NCBI GenBank assembly: GCA_041674405.1
Contig: JBAYVT010000001.1
Location: 180,001 to 212,000 of the forward strand
From: Patescibacteria group bacterium
Lineage (GTDB): Bacteria; Patescibacteriota; UBA1384; XYA2-FULL-43-10
Reading direction: 5' to 3'
DNA length: 32,000 bases
Position numbers and translations under genes: made by a program. The notes under the pieces were generated by a model. It made no database searches. It saw only the letters and a program-made list of their open reading frames with translations, and was not told where the DNA came from. Shown piece by piece: positions 16,501 through 27,117 of the stretch (position 1 is the first letter of the stretch; each line of letters opens with the position of its first letter).

Positions 16501-16690
16501 CGATTACTTCGTCAGGAATTGAATCAATGTTTTCAGCTTCATGAACTTCGCCGGTATCATCAGACATATGATGAACAGGTTCAATTTCTTCGGGCTCTTC
16601 TTCAGATTCTGCTATCGAGTTATCGTCTTGTCCGGTTTGGTCTTCAGAAACATCATTGTCGTTCTTGTTTTGGTCTTTCTCTTCGTCCAT
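13574..16690 (-). CDS. gyrA: DNA gyrase subunit A with acidic N-terminal and long Lys/Glu/Ser-rich C-terminal extensions
   Basis: '[31 protein letters not shown]' and the active-site 'AAMRYTE', plus C-terminal beta-pinwheel repeats. About 65 extra acidic aa precede the conserved N-terminus and about 149 low-complexity aa (13577-14023) follow the pinwheel. SD AAGGAA. Confidence 0.97.
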   Translation of the reverse strand: [1038 protein letters not shown]

Positions 16691-16711
16691 ACTAGTTCCT
16701 TGTCATTTATG

Positions 16712-18826
<2,115 letters not shown>

Positions 18827-18923
18827 TCAAACTAATCCAAAAACAATAACCGTTGCAATTAATTACTTAATGTTTGCAATTTTGGCTTTGAAATTTTGAT
18901 TTTGAATTAATTATTACGTATAT

Positions 18924-18952
18924 ATTTTATCACTCGACTCCAGATTTGCCAA
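18924..18952 (-). promoter_or_regulatory. Candidate gyrB-gyrA promoter
   Basis: Minus strand: TTGGCA (18952->18947), 17-nt spacer, TAAAAT (18929->18924). It leaves an AT-rich leader of about 130 nt. Confidence 0.5.
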
Positions 18953-19066
18953 GCACAAAATGAATCTAAAATTCCAGAATTTACCCTCTGGAAGTAGCAA
19001 AAAGCATCACCAATTATTGTGTATAATTAGTAGGCCCATACTTGAGAATTGCTTGTTTAAAATATA

Positions 19067-21139
19067 CTATTTCCGTTGCAATTTGATTGATATGTTTTTG
19101 TCAGAAATTAAGTCAAAATTAAAAGTTGCCGAATTTGTCTCCGCATTGTACTCTTGTAGATTTATCGGTACTAAATTTTCTGGAAAATGTAGCGTATAAG
19201 TAATTCTGTCGGCGTTTGCACCTGGCTGGCGTTGAAAAACAGCGGAGTAAATCAATCCATTTTGGTCAAAGTTATTTATTGGAAAAGAATAATTGATGGT
19301 AGCCTTACTTTCCTCTTTTGGTTTGGTGTTGATCCAAAAAACCATTTCGGGATTACCCGCCTCTTCGCTTGCCCAATAGGGCTGGCCATTTTTATAGCCA
19401 GAATTGCTATTTTGCTCAAAGTTACCGACAACCGGATCAAAATTTGTAACTTTCGAATTTGCTGGCAAAAGAACCCGTAAAAGGTTGATGTTGTATCCGT
19501 CTGGCCATTCATTCGATCCGTTATGAATGCGATTGATGATAAGAGAATTGTTTACTATTCCATCGCTACCAATAGTGGAATCTAATGATAAATTTTCCAA
19601 AATGTTTGAGCTTGATTTGAACCCATTCAAATTTGAATTATTAACATATAAATAATCGTTTCCCGTATTCAAGACCTTTCCGGCGATATTGTATTTTTCC
19701 AAGTCAGCCTCAATGTCTTTGTCAAAAGCGTAGAACATCATGTGCTTCTGGCTGAAAGAATCCGAGAACGTTTTAAATAAGTTTACAATTTCTGTTTTGT
19801 CGGAAAGTTTGGAAATCAAACGATCGACTACAGCCGGCATCATATCCGCAAGCATTTTTTTGGGCTCATTTTCCTCTAGTGCACCCGATTTGTTGAAATA
19901 ATCTTGGTGTACTTCTTTTTCTGTTTCCATTTCAAAATTATTTGCATCAATTATTTTCTCATAAGCCGGCAAATCAACCGGGCCAATTAATCGTAATATA
20001 TCCACGAAAGCAGATGTGTCCAATTCAAACACTCCATCAATCTTCTGTCCTGTTTCAGCTTCATAAAACCATTTAATTTTCTCAAATGCCTCGGGTCCGT
20101 CAACAGCCCATCCGGAATCCTTTAGTGCCCATGTCCCATCTCTGACAACCCACGAAAGATCATCCGGCGGTGCAATTTTTGTTGTGGCCTCAAATGCATG
20201 ATCGATTTTGTAAATATTCGTGCCAAAATCAATTCCATTGAACTTGCCATTTTCAAAATGTGCTACCCCAAAAGAACCAAAGGACCCGCCACTTCCACCC
20301 CTAAGTTCCGCATTGTTTTGAAAAATTATCAGAAAATCACGTTTTTGCCCATCTTTTGCCGAAATCCAAGGCAAGTCTGTAGAAACAAGTTTTTGAGAAG
20401 ATTCGATCGACTTTTTTGCCGAGGAAATTGCCGCTCGGGCTTTTTCTATACTATTTTTGAAGGATCCTAGCTGACCAAGATTTATTCTATTTAAAATTTT
20501 TTCACAATCCGATAATCTATCGGACGAATCTGAAATGGTTTTTGAAAATGCTTCTGACACAGCGGCAATATCAACAGCAAAATTGACGTTTTTGTCCTTT
20601 TTATCTTTAGCAAACTCTTCGGAAATTATTGCTTCCAAACTTTTTTGCGAGTCGGTAAGCGTATTTAAAATAATATTTGCTGCATCGAGCGTCATTTCCA
20701 AATTAACCGTGTCGGAATGTTTGTTGGAGATCAAACTTAAATAACTTAAATCCTGCCCCCAAGATTGGAGATTGAGTTTTATTTCAGAAATATTTGCTCT
20801 GGCTTTTTCAGCTTCGGACAGCGCCTGATCGATTTCGCCCTTGTTTAAGCTGGAAAACGCATTGTCTAAATAAATTTTAGTGTTTTCAACTAAGATTTCT
20901 ACTTTACTTTTAGCATCAAATGCTCGGGCAAGTGAAAAAGCTAAAAGAGATGTTAAAATTGCTACAGCAATACTTCCTCGTGCAATCGCCATTTTCAGTT
21001 TATCGCTCAGAATTGGCTTCTTTTCAAAATTTTCGGAACCATGCCAAAAACCATCATCGTAGCCGTCTCTATTTTCGTAAGATACGGCAATCGGTTTTTT
21101 TCTATTAGTCCTGATTTTGATGTCGTGAATTTTCCTCAC
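19067..21139 (-). CDS. DUF4012-like membrane-anchored extracytoplasmic protein
   Basis: 690 aa with an N-terminal TM helix. The motif 'FLIIFQNNAELRGGSGGSFGSFG' matches my recollection of the DUF4012 signature (QNNAELR..GG). It is adjacent to glycosyltransferase genes. The GTG start is uncertain. Confidence 0.7.
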   Translation of the reverse strand: MRKIHDIKIRTNRKKPIAVSYENRDGYDDGFWHGSENFEKKPILSDKLKMAIARGSIAVAILTSLLAFSLARAFDAKSKVEILVENTKIYLDNAFSSLNKGEIDQALSEAEKARANISEIKLNLQSWGQDLSYLSLISNKHSDTVNLEMTLDAANIILNTLTDSQKSLEAIISEEFAKDKKDKNVNFAVDIAAVSEAFSKTISDSSDRLSDCEKILNRINLGQLGSFKNSIEKARAAISSAKKSIESSQKLVSTDLPWISAKDGQKRDFLIIFQNNAELRGGSGGSFGSFGVAHFENGKFNGIDFGTNIYKIDHAFEATTKIAPPDDLSWVVRDGTWALKDSGWAVDGPEAFEKIKWFYEAETGQKIDGVFELDTSAFVDILRLIGPVDLPAYEKIIDANNFEMETEKEVHQDYFNKSGALEENEPKKMLADMMPAVVDRLISKLSDKTEIVNLFKTFSDSFSQKHMMFYAFDKDIEADLEKYNIAGKVLNTGNDYLYVNNSNLNGFKSSSNILENLSLDSTIGSDGIVNNSLIINRIHNGSNEWPDGYNINLLRVLLPANSKVTNFDPVVGNFEQNSNSGYKNGQPYWASEEAGNPEMVFWINTKPKEESKATINYSFPINNFDQNGLIYSAVFQRQPGANADRITYTLHFPENLVPINLQEYNAETNSATFNFDLISDKNISIKLQRK

Positions 21140-21183
21140 ACCCCTCGCCTCATATTAGTTTCTGACTTTTAGTTTTTGGCAAC

Positions 21184-22287
21184 TCATTTTGAATTAGTAT
21201 TAGTATAGCTAGAAACTAATTTATCAATCGTTGTCTTGAATTCGTTCCTGAATCTTTCCGATGAGAATTTTTCGGCATGCTTCCTGATTTTTGTAGTATC
21301 GTATTTCTTTGGGTCAAATGCTTTGACTGCAGCAATTAATGAGTCTGTTGTTTGTTCGGTAAAAAATTCGCCTGTTACACCGGGCACGATTGTTTCCGCT
21401 GCACCGCCAATCCCATAAGCAATCACAGGCCGGCCGGATGCCATCGCCTCTACTGGCACGATTCCAAAATCTTCTTCGGCCGCGAAAATGAACGCTTTCG
21501 CTTCACAATAGTATTTTTTGATCTCATCATCACTCAAAAAACCCAGAAACTCAATATTTTTATTTGCCTTTTTTGCCAACGCTTCCTTCTCTGGCCCGCG
21601 GCCGATAACCTTGAGCGGAAGCCCCAACTTATTGAAAGCATCAATAACAAGATCACATCGTTTGTACCCGACAAGCCTGGAAACAAACAGGAAATAGTCT
21701 CCGGTTTTGCCATTTTTGTCTGGTGAAAATTTTTCAACATCAACCGGCGGATATACGACCACACTATCTCGATGGTAAAATTTTTTGATTCTTTTAGCTA
21801 CATAATGTGAATTTGCAATGTAATAATCGACTCGTTCAGCAGCGGCGATGTCCCAGATTCTATTTTTGTGCGCCACTTTTTTCCGAAGACCCGACAGGAA
21901 CCCTTTACTAGCCCTGGGATCTACCTGTGGTTCCCACAAATACCGAGATGGCGTATGACAATAGCATATGTGTACGGTATTCGGCTTTGTAATTATGCCC
22001 TTTGAGGGAAAACTCGTGGATGAAACCACAACATCGTACTTGGAAAAATCAAAGGACTCAAATGCAAGTGGGGTGTATGGGATCAGAAGTTCTCTTTTTG
22101 ATTTAAAAAACGGCCAATTATTTAAATAGCTGGTTTTGATATCAAATTTTGCAAATTCTTTGGCACCAACCGGATCAAATACCGAAGTATATATCGGAGC
22201 GTCAGGATAAATCTTTTTGACCTCAAAAAGAACTCTTTCTGCTCCAGCCATATTTGTGAGCCAATCATGGACGAGTGTGATATTCAT
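21184..22287 (-). CDS. Glycosyltransferase, GT4 (GT-B fold) family
   Basis: C-terminal 'EDFGIVPVEAMASGRPVIAYGIGGAAETI' (E-x7-E region). The N-terminus 'MNITLVHDWL' is typical, so I prefer ATG-22287 over the track start at 22308. It overlaps the upstream gene's 3' end. Confidence 0.88.
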   Translation of the reverse strand: MNITLVHDWLTNMAGAERVLFEVKKIYPDAPIYTSVFDPVGAKEFAKFDIKTSYLNNWPFFKSKRELLIPYTPLAFESFDFSKYDVVVSSTSFPSKGIITKPNTVHICYCHTPSRYLWEPQVDPRASKGFLSGLRKKVAHKNRIWDIAAAERVDYYIANSHYVAKRIKKFYHRDSVVVYPPVDVEKFSPDKNGKTGDYFLFVSRLVGYKRCDLVIDAFNKLGLPLKVIGRGPEKEALAKKANKNIEFLGFLSDDEIKKYYCEAKAFIFAAEEDFGIVPVEAMASGRPVIAYGIGGAAETIVPGVTGEFFTEQTTDSLIAAVKAFDPKKYDTTKIRKHAEKFSSERFRNEFKTTIDKLVSSYTNTNSK

Positions 22288-23686
22288 ACTTTCCGCCGAA
22301 TATTTCATAAATTATTAAACCGATCGTTTTAATCACAATTTTCATATCAAACCACAAGCTCCAATTTTCAATATAGAACATGTCATATCTCACCCTCTCC
22401 GGAATAGAGGTGTCTCCTTTTAAACCATTGACTTGCGCCCAACCGGTAAGGCCTGATTTGACCCTGTGTCGCTTATAATATTCAGGAATTTCTCTCTCAA
22501 ATTTTTCTACAAAGGTTGGTTGTTCCGGACGAGGCCCAACAAAACTCATATTACCTATCAATATATTCCAAAACTGGGGCAATTCATCAATGTTTGTCTT
22601 CCGAATTATTTTACCAAGAGGAGTAATTCTGTTCTTTTCATCTTCGGCCGTAGTCCATTTGGCGCCGCCATCTTTAAAATCACATTTATCAATGTACATC
22701 GATCTGAATTTATAAACTTTGAATTTTTTTCCATCGCGGCCAATACGATCATGAGAATAAAAGATTGGACCCCTTGAGGTCAGTTTTTCCAACAGCACAA
22801 TTATTAGCAAAATCGGGGACAAAACGATAAGTAATAAAGCAGAAAAGATAATGTCACAGATTCGCTTAATGATTCTACCCCAGCCGTCCAGAGCAATCGT
22901 TTGGACATCAAGAAGTGGCATCGACCCGATTGTGTCGTTTTTGACGCTTATGGTCATTGCGCCAAATATTGAGGGAACAAAGCTCAAAGCTATAGACCTA
23001 TCGCTGCAAGTTTCTATAATTTGCGCGATTTTAGTTTGTGAGAGTTTAGATTCCGATGCGATGACTTGGTCGATTTGTTTTTCAGAAATAATTTTTGAGA
23101 GCTCAGACAGATTGCCAAGATATTTCAGGGCCTCACCAGATCTTTCATCGTCTGATGCAACCCCAGCCACCCGCATACCTAAGGAAGGATTTTTTCTGAT
23201 TTCATTTGCCACAAACGAAGTGACATTATCTGCACCAATTAAAAGTATATTCCGGCGCCCGATTCCAAATTTTAAAAGATAAATTTGAAGCTGGTCTAGA
23301 AGCATTCTGCCAAATGAAATCAAAATTATGCTAAATGCCCAAGTTAAAAGCAAAATTATTCTTGAAAAAAATGTGGTTTTCGAAAAAAACAAAATCATGG
23401 TCAAAATAAGTATAACCACAGAACTTGAAATAAAAATTTTGAATAAATCGGAAAACGGGTTTCGGTCTGCTCTTTTTCTATACAAACCAAAGGCGGCAAA
23501 AATAATTATCCAAATGGGAATGAGATAGAGTGCATACTGAAGGTATTGCCAAAATCCATTGCGATTAAACGTTTCGCCAATTTCAAGGTTTATTCGAAGC
23601 AAGTAAGAAAATGCAAAACCAGCGATTATCATCGCGATATCCAAGGGAAGCAAAACGAATATAAAAAATAATTCGGCTTTCTTCAT
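22265..23686 (-). CDS. Polyprenyl-phosphate sugar phosphotransferase (WbaP/WcaJ-type bacterial sugar transferase)
   Basis: 473 aa with multiple N-terminal TM helices. The C-terminal domain reads 'KRICDIIFSALLLIVLSPILLII...GPIFYSHDRIGRDGKKFKVYKFRSM...DELPQFWNILIGNMSFVGPRPE'. Confidence 0.9.
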   Translation of the reverse strand: MKKAELFFIFVLLPLDIAMIIAGFAFSYLLRINLEIGETFNRNGFWQYLQYALYLIPIWIIIFAAFGLYRKRADRNPFSDLFKIFISSSVVILILTMILFFSKTTFFSRIILLLTWAFSIILISFGRMLLDQLQIYLLKFGIGRRNILLIGADNVTSFVANEIRKNPSLGMRVAGVASDDERSGEALKYLGNLSELSKIISEKQIDQVIASESKLSQTKIAQIIETCSDRSIALSFVPSIFGAMTISVKNDTIGSMPLLDVQTIALDGWGRIIKRICDIIFSALLLIVLSPILLIIVLLEKLTSRGPIFYSHDRIGRDGKKFKVYKFRSMYIDKCDFKDGGAKWTTAEDEKNRITPLGKIIRKTNIDELPQFWNILIGNMSFVGPRPEQPTFVEKFEREIPEYYKRHRVKSGLTGWAQVNGLKGDTSIPERVRYDMFYIENWSLWFDMKIVIKTIGLIIYEIFGGKYEYHTRP

Positions 23687-23769
23687 AAATGTAACTTGAT
23701 TCTAGCTTATATGATACCATTATTCAATAATTCGCCGATAATTGGACGATCGTCGATATTTCGACGATA

Positions 23770-23828
23770 GCTGAAATGAAAAAAGCTCGCGTCTCACAAC
23801 TTTTTCATTAGGCTGAAATGAAAAAAGC
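23770..23828. repeat. 17-bp perfect direct repeat GCTGAAATGAAAAAAGC (2 copies, 42 bp apart)
   Basis: Copies at 23770-23786 and 23812-23828. Each forms the 5' arm or flank of an A/T-rich hairpin. A separate 8-bp hairpin ATCGTCGA-tatt-TCGACGAT lies at 23749-23768. Confidence 0.75.
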
Positions 23829-23846
23829 CTTATTCAGGCTTTTTTC
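23821..23846. terminator. Bidirectional intrinsic terminator after the zinc-ribbon gene
   Basis: AAAAAAGCCT-tattc-AGGCTTTTTT, 34 nt downstream of the stop at 23880. Confidence 0.7.
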
Positions 23847-23879
23847 ACTATCAAAAACAAAAATTAAAAGAGTCTTTGA

Positions 23880-24026
23880 TTAGGCGGCTTTTCCGATTCG
23901 GAAAACCTTAGTACCACATGCTGGGCAGACGCCTCTTGTTGCTGGCTTGCCATTCTTCATGGTAATTTGCTCAGCTGACTGCATCTCAACCTTTTTGCGG
24001 CATTTAACGCAATATGCTTGTGCCAT
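23880..24026 (-). CDS. Small zinc-ribbon protein (DUF5679-like), 48 aa
   Basis: 'MAQAYCVKCRKKVEM...GVCPACGTKVFRIG' has two CxxC pairs. A strong SD, AAGGAGGTGA, precedes ATG-24026; the track's upstream start at 24080 is unlikely. Confidence 0.8.
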   Translation of the reverse strand: MAQAYCVKCRKKVEMQSAEQITMKNGKPATRGVCPACGTKVFRIGKAA

Positions 24027-24078
24027 TTTCTTCACCTCCTTCCGTGTGGGATTTTTACTTATCTTACGTACATAAACC

Positions 24079-24108
24079 ATTGTATTAGGCGTGGATCACG
24101 CTTGTCAA
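24079..24108 (-). promoter_or_regulatory. Promoter of the zinc-ribbon gene
   Basis: Minus strand: TTGACA (24108->24103), 18-nt spacer, TACAAT (24084->24079). Confidence 0.55.
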
Positions 24109-24250
24109 GCACTTTTTCAAAAGAAAATTTTACTTTTTTGCCACAGAAATATTCCAAGATATAATATTGGCTCTCATATTGGCTAATTACGATTAAGATA
24201 TAAAATGCATATAGCTACAATAAATTTACTACCATTGTTGTTCCCGACAG

Positions 24251-24279
24251 AAAAACAAAAATGCAGCAAGAGCCGCATT
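24251..24279 (-). terminator. Intrinsic terminator of the three-gene exported-protein operon
   Basis: Minus strand: AATGCGGC-tctt-GCTGCATT (one mismatch) followed by TTTTGTTTTT. It lies 25 nt after the stop at 24304. Confidence 0.7.
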
Positions 24280-24303
24280 CTTGAATGTTGCACAATATTC
24301 TGT

Positions 24304-24747
24304 CTATTTCTGATTATATCCGACAATATTTGCCAGTTCCTGCAAAGATTTATCACCGGAATATTTTGTTCCGTTGTAAATCCAGGTCGGGTATCCCTCT
24401 ATGCCCTTGGCGACACATTCGTCTGGATTTGCATCCGGTCCTGAAGCATCACACTCTACATAATCAACATATTTAAAGGCATCTCCGAATATTTCCTTCT
24501 GGCTTTTGCAATGAGGGCACCAATATGCCCCATACATTACCATTCCTTGAGCTGTCATGTATTTTGCAAGTCCAGTGGCGAAATCCTGATCCTCTGTGGT
24601 CACCCCTGCTACATTACCTTCGCCGGAATTGTCCGAATTTGCTTGTTCGCTGCTAGATTTTTTATTGGAATAAAACAAAATAACCAACCCAATTATTACA
24701 ATAATCACTGCGATAAATACGAATAGATATAGTGGTTTGTTTTTCAT
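24304..24747 (-). CDS. Membrane-anchored thioredoxin-like protein (CPHC active site; VKOR-associated Trx-like type)
   Basis: N-terminal TM helix, then 'YGAYWCPHCKSQKEIFG...VDYVEC...CVAKGIEGYPTW'. SD AAGGGAGA. Confidence 0.85.
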   Translation of the reverse strand: MKNKPLYLFVFIAVIIVIIGLVILFYSNKKSSSEQANSDNSGEGNVAGVTTEDQDFATGLAKYMTAQGMVMYGAYWCPHCKSQKEIFGDAFKYVDYVECDASGPDANPDECVAKGIEGYPTWIYNGTKYSGDKSLQELANIVGYNQK

Positions 24748-24769
24748 ATTCTCCCTTTCTGAATAAAAT

Positions 24770-25381
24770 TTATATGCTGCTACCCAAAACTATATCGCTG
24801 GTTTCAACAAATGTAAATACGCCATTTCGGTATCTATAAGTGGTGCGCAAAGCGTCGGATAACGGATCAAGTTCATAATTTCTATTATCAACATGAATCA
24901 AGTTTAAATCATGGTTAATAGCAAAATTCGGCTCATCCGACACCATATTTGCGGTTTCCCCACTCTCAGTTTTGAATTTAACCACATCAATTTTTCTGTC
25001 TTTATATGCCACAAATTGAATATTTTGGCTATGAGCGCCAACATTTCCAATCAGGCACAATAAGTTATCGTCGGAAAAATTATACGACACTGGATCACAA
25101 AATTTCACCTCATCCTGAAAACCGCTTAGTGAAACTGACTGAGCAAGAAACCATGATTTCGAAATGGTAAGAATAAATATCGTATTGTCGCCCTCTTTGT
25201 AGCTTTTCAAGCTGACCGATTCATCTTTCTTGTCTTGATCCAGGTTAAGATGGATAATCTTTTCTGAAACGATATCTCCCTTTGGTACATTTCTGGAAAG
25301 ATCGCCCCTGAAAATAAAAACTAGCGAGGCTACCCCCGCCAAACATATGATAAACGCCAATAAATATATTTTTCTATTCAA
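24770..25381 (-). CDS. Hypothetical exported/membrane-anchored protein (203 aa)
   Basis: N-terminal hydrophobic helix. The TTG start overlaps the upstream stop (TTGA), implying translational coupling. No family recognised. Confidence 0.65.
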   Translation of the reverse strand: MNRKIYLLAFIICLAGVASLVFIFRGDLSRNVPKGDIVSEKIIHLNLDQDKKDESVSLKSYKEGDNTIFILTISKSWFLAQSVSLSGFQDEVKFCDPVSYNFSDDNLLCLIGNVGAHSQNIQFVAYKDRKIDVVKFKTESGETANMVSDEPNFAINHDLNLIHVDNRNYELDPLSDALRTTYRYRNGVFTFVETSDIVLGSSI

Positions 25382-25884
25382 AATTGCCCTTCCAAAATTA
25401 CAACTCCCGCTGCTTCCCCCATATTGTTTTCGCGATATACATATATATGATCATAACTACTCATGTCTTCACCCTTGCGATATTCTAGGTAGTACGTGCC
25501 ACCATCATCATCCAATTTTCCAAGAAACAAAGGTTCGGACGATTCATTGGCTGATTTGTATGCCCATCCTTCATATGACCACCCTTGTTCTAAATTTGGC
25601 AACTGGGCATTGATAGTCAGTATAAACTCACTGTTTGCATAAACCCTTCCAGATATTCCACTCGCTTCAGTCCCCACCGCTTTTAGATTTATTTTTTGGG
25701 GAGAAGGAGCTACATTTGTTTGGTCTTCGTCTTTCGAATTATCTTCGTCTGATGAAACTGGACCATTTGACACTAGGGATCTCTCATTTGAAGTCTTCTG
25801 GTCATAAAGATATAGCCCACCCCCCAAAAGGAGTGCGATTATTGCGACTGCGAGAGCAATATTTGATGATTTCATTTTAACCAC
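25378..25884 (-). CDS. Hypothetical membrane-anchored protein (168 aa); weak resemblance to RskA-type anti-sigma extracellular domains
   Basis: N-terminal TM helix and an acidic linker. The C-terminal pattern 'LPNLEQGWSYEGWAY...LFLGKL' is reminiscent of anti-sigma-K C-domains; the similarity is by eye only. Confidence 0.6.
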   Translation of the reverse strand: MVKMKSSNIALAVAIIALLLGGGLYLYDQKTSNERSLVSNGPVSSDEDNSKDEDQTNVAPSPQKINLKAVGTEASGISGRVYANSEFILTINAQLPNLEQGWSYEGWAYKSANESSEPLFLGKLDDDGGTYYLEYRKGEDMSSYDHIYVYRENNMGEAAGVVILEGQF

Positions 25885-25992
25885 ACTGATTTTTAATCTA
25901 GCCAGATAACGATTGATGAATTTTATTTGTGATAATTTTTATTTAATCATCGATCTTAAGACTCTTCAGTGAGGGAATCTGAGACAAAAATA

Positions 25993-26187
25993 CTATTTAT
26001 TATCTTTATCTTCTTCGTTTTTCTCAGCGCTAACAATAATTTTCTTGTCCTTTTTGAGGAGGATTGAAATTCCAAGAAGAATTATGAATGCCGGCCATAC
26101 GATATTCCAGACCTCACCAGTAACATATCCAAGGTTTTGCAGAAGAAAAACAACTCCAACAACGATAAGCACAATTCCGAACCACAT
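25993..26187 (-). CDS. Small 2-TM protein (DUF5668 / LiaI-LiaF-like TM type), 64 aa
   Basis: 'MWFGIVLIVVGVVFLLQNLGY...VWPAFIILLGISILL'. GGAAGGAG lies 6 nt before ATG-26187, so the track start at 26226 is probably too long. Confidence 0.7.
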   Translation of the reverse strand: MWFGIVLIVVGVVFLLQNLGYVTGEVWNIVWPAFIILLGISILLKKDKKIIVSAEKNEEDKDNK

Positions 26188-26324
26188 ATTCGCTCCTTCC
26201 GGGTAGTGAAAATTTGACCGCCGCATACGGCTAACTACCCACTATTTTATTATTAAAAATTGTCAAACTTCTGCTAACAGGCTTTTGCCTTCAACATGCT
26301 TCAGCTACATAATAGAATATATTC

Positions 26325-26930
26325 TCAATTATTAAAAGTTATTTTCTCATAAACAGCTCTTGTAGCTTCAACATCACGCTTACAATACTCAATAATTTCA
26401 TCGCCCTTACCAGAGAGGAAATAATCATAAACTTTTCCGCCATCAATCCCCTGCTCTTTCGGCGAAGCAATTCCCAAGATTAAGCTTAGCTTGTGCAGAC
26501 TTGTGCATCCATTGCTCCATTTTTCCCACTCCTTCATCGTGTCAAAGATCGGATTATTGCGATAACGGGCAAACGACAAATCCTTAGATGGTTTCACGCC
26601 AAGAATGATCGAGCGCTTATAAATAAACCTCAAATCAAAGTCTATAATGTTGTGCCCGATGAATAAATCAGCATTCTTTGCAAGTTCCCAGAACTTAATA
26701 AGAATTTCCCTTTCTTCGCCAGAAACACAATCCGTCGGTTTGTCATCGGTGGCATAACCGATGCAAAAAATTCTGCCAAACTCTCCCGAAAGTGAAGTTA
26801 AGCGAAAATAATCATCAAATGATATTTTTTCTTTTGTTGATTTTCTGCTCGTTTCTTCCCAAAGTTTTTTGAGAAGTTCTAATTTATCGCCGGCTGCCGG
26901 CAAAGTCTCGATGTCCAAAAATAGTTTCAA
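26325..26930 (-). CDS. Stand-alone DEDD 3'-5' exonuclease related to the PolB exonuclease domain (RNase H-like fold)
   Basis: ExoI 'LFLDIETLP', ExoII 'GHNIIDFDLRFI' and ExoIII 'YCKRDVEATRAVY'. Confidence 0.8.
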   Translation of the reverse strand: MKLFLDIETLPAAGDKLELLKKLWEETSRKSTKEKISFDDYFRLTSLSGEFGRIFCIGYATDDKPTDCVSGEEREILIKFWELAKNADLFIGHNIIDFDLRFIYKRSIILGVKPSKDLSFARYRNNPIFDTMKEWEKWSNGCTSLHKLSLILGIASPKEQGIDGGKVYDYFLSGKGDEIIEYCKRDVEATRAVYEKITFNN

Positions 26931-27117
26931 AAGGCACCTTTCTTGTCTATTATGTAATATGTAACAACTAAAAACGAATAACCATCCGAAAATCAGTTTT
27001 GTTGATTAGTTATCAGTTTTGTTATGTTTATATTAATATAGCGCAATTTTTCTGCGATTGTAATATTATGTGTATATCCTGGTCTTTACTTAATAGTTAT
27101 TAGTTTTAAGTTTCATT

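Noticed and set aside
16557-16563. A second CUGAUGA heptamer (minus strand) that might seed another hammerhead
   Set aside because: It lies inside the gyrA coding sequence. The following bases do not form a helix II flanked by GAAA (only a loop-less TTCATGAA palindrome). No helix I/III partners are present.
25749-25755. CTGATGA heptamer on the plus strand
   Set aside because: It is antisense to a coding region. No stem followed by GAAA and no flanking complementary arms are present.
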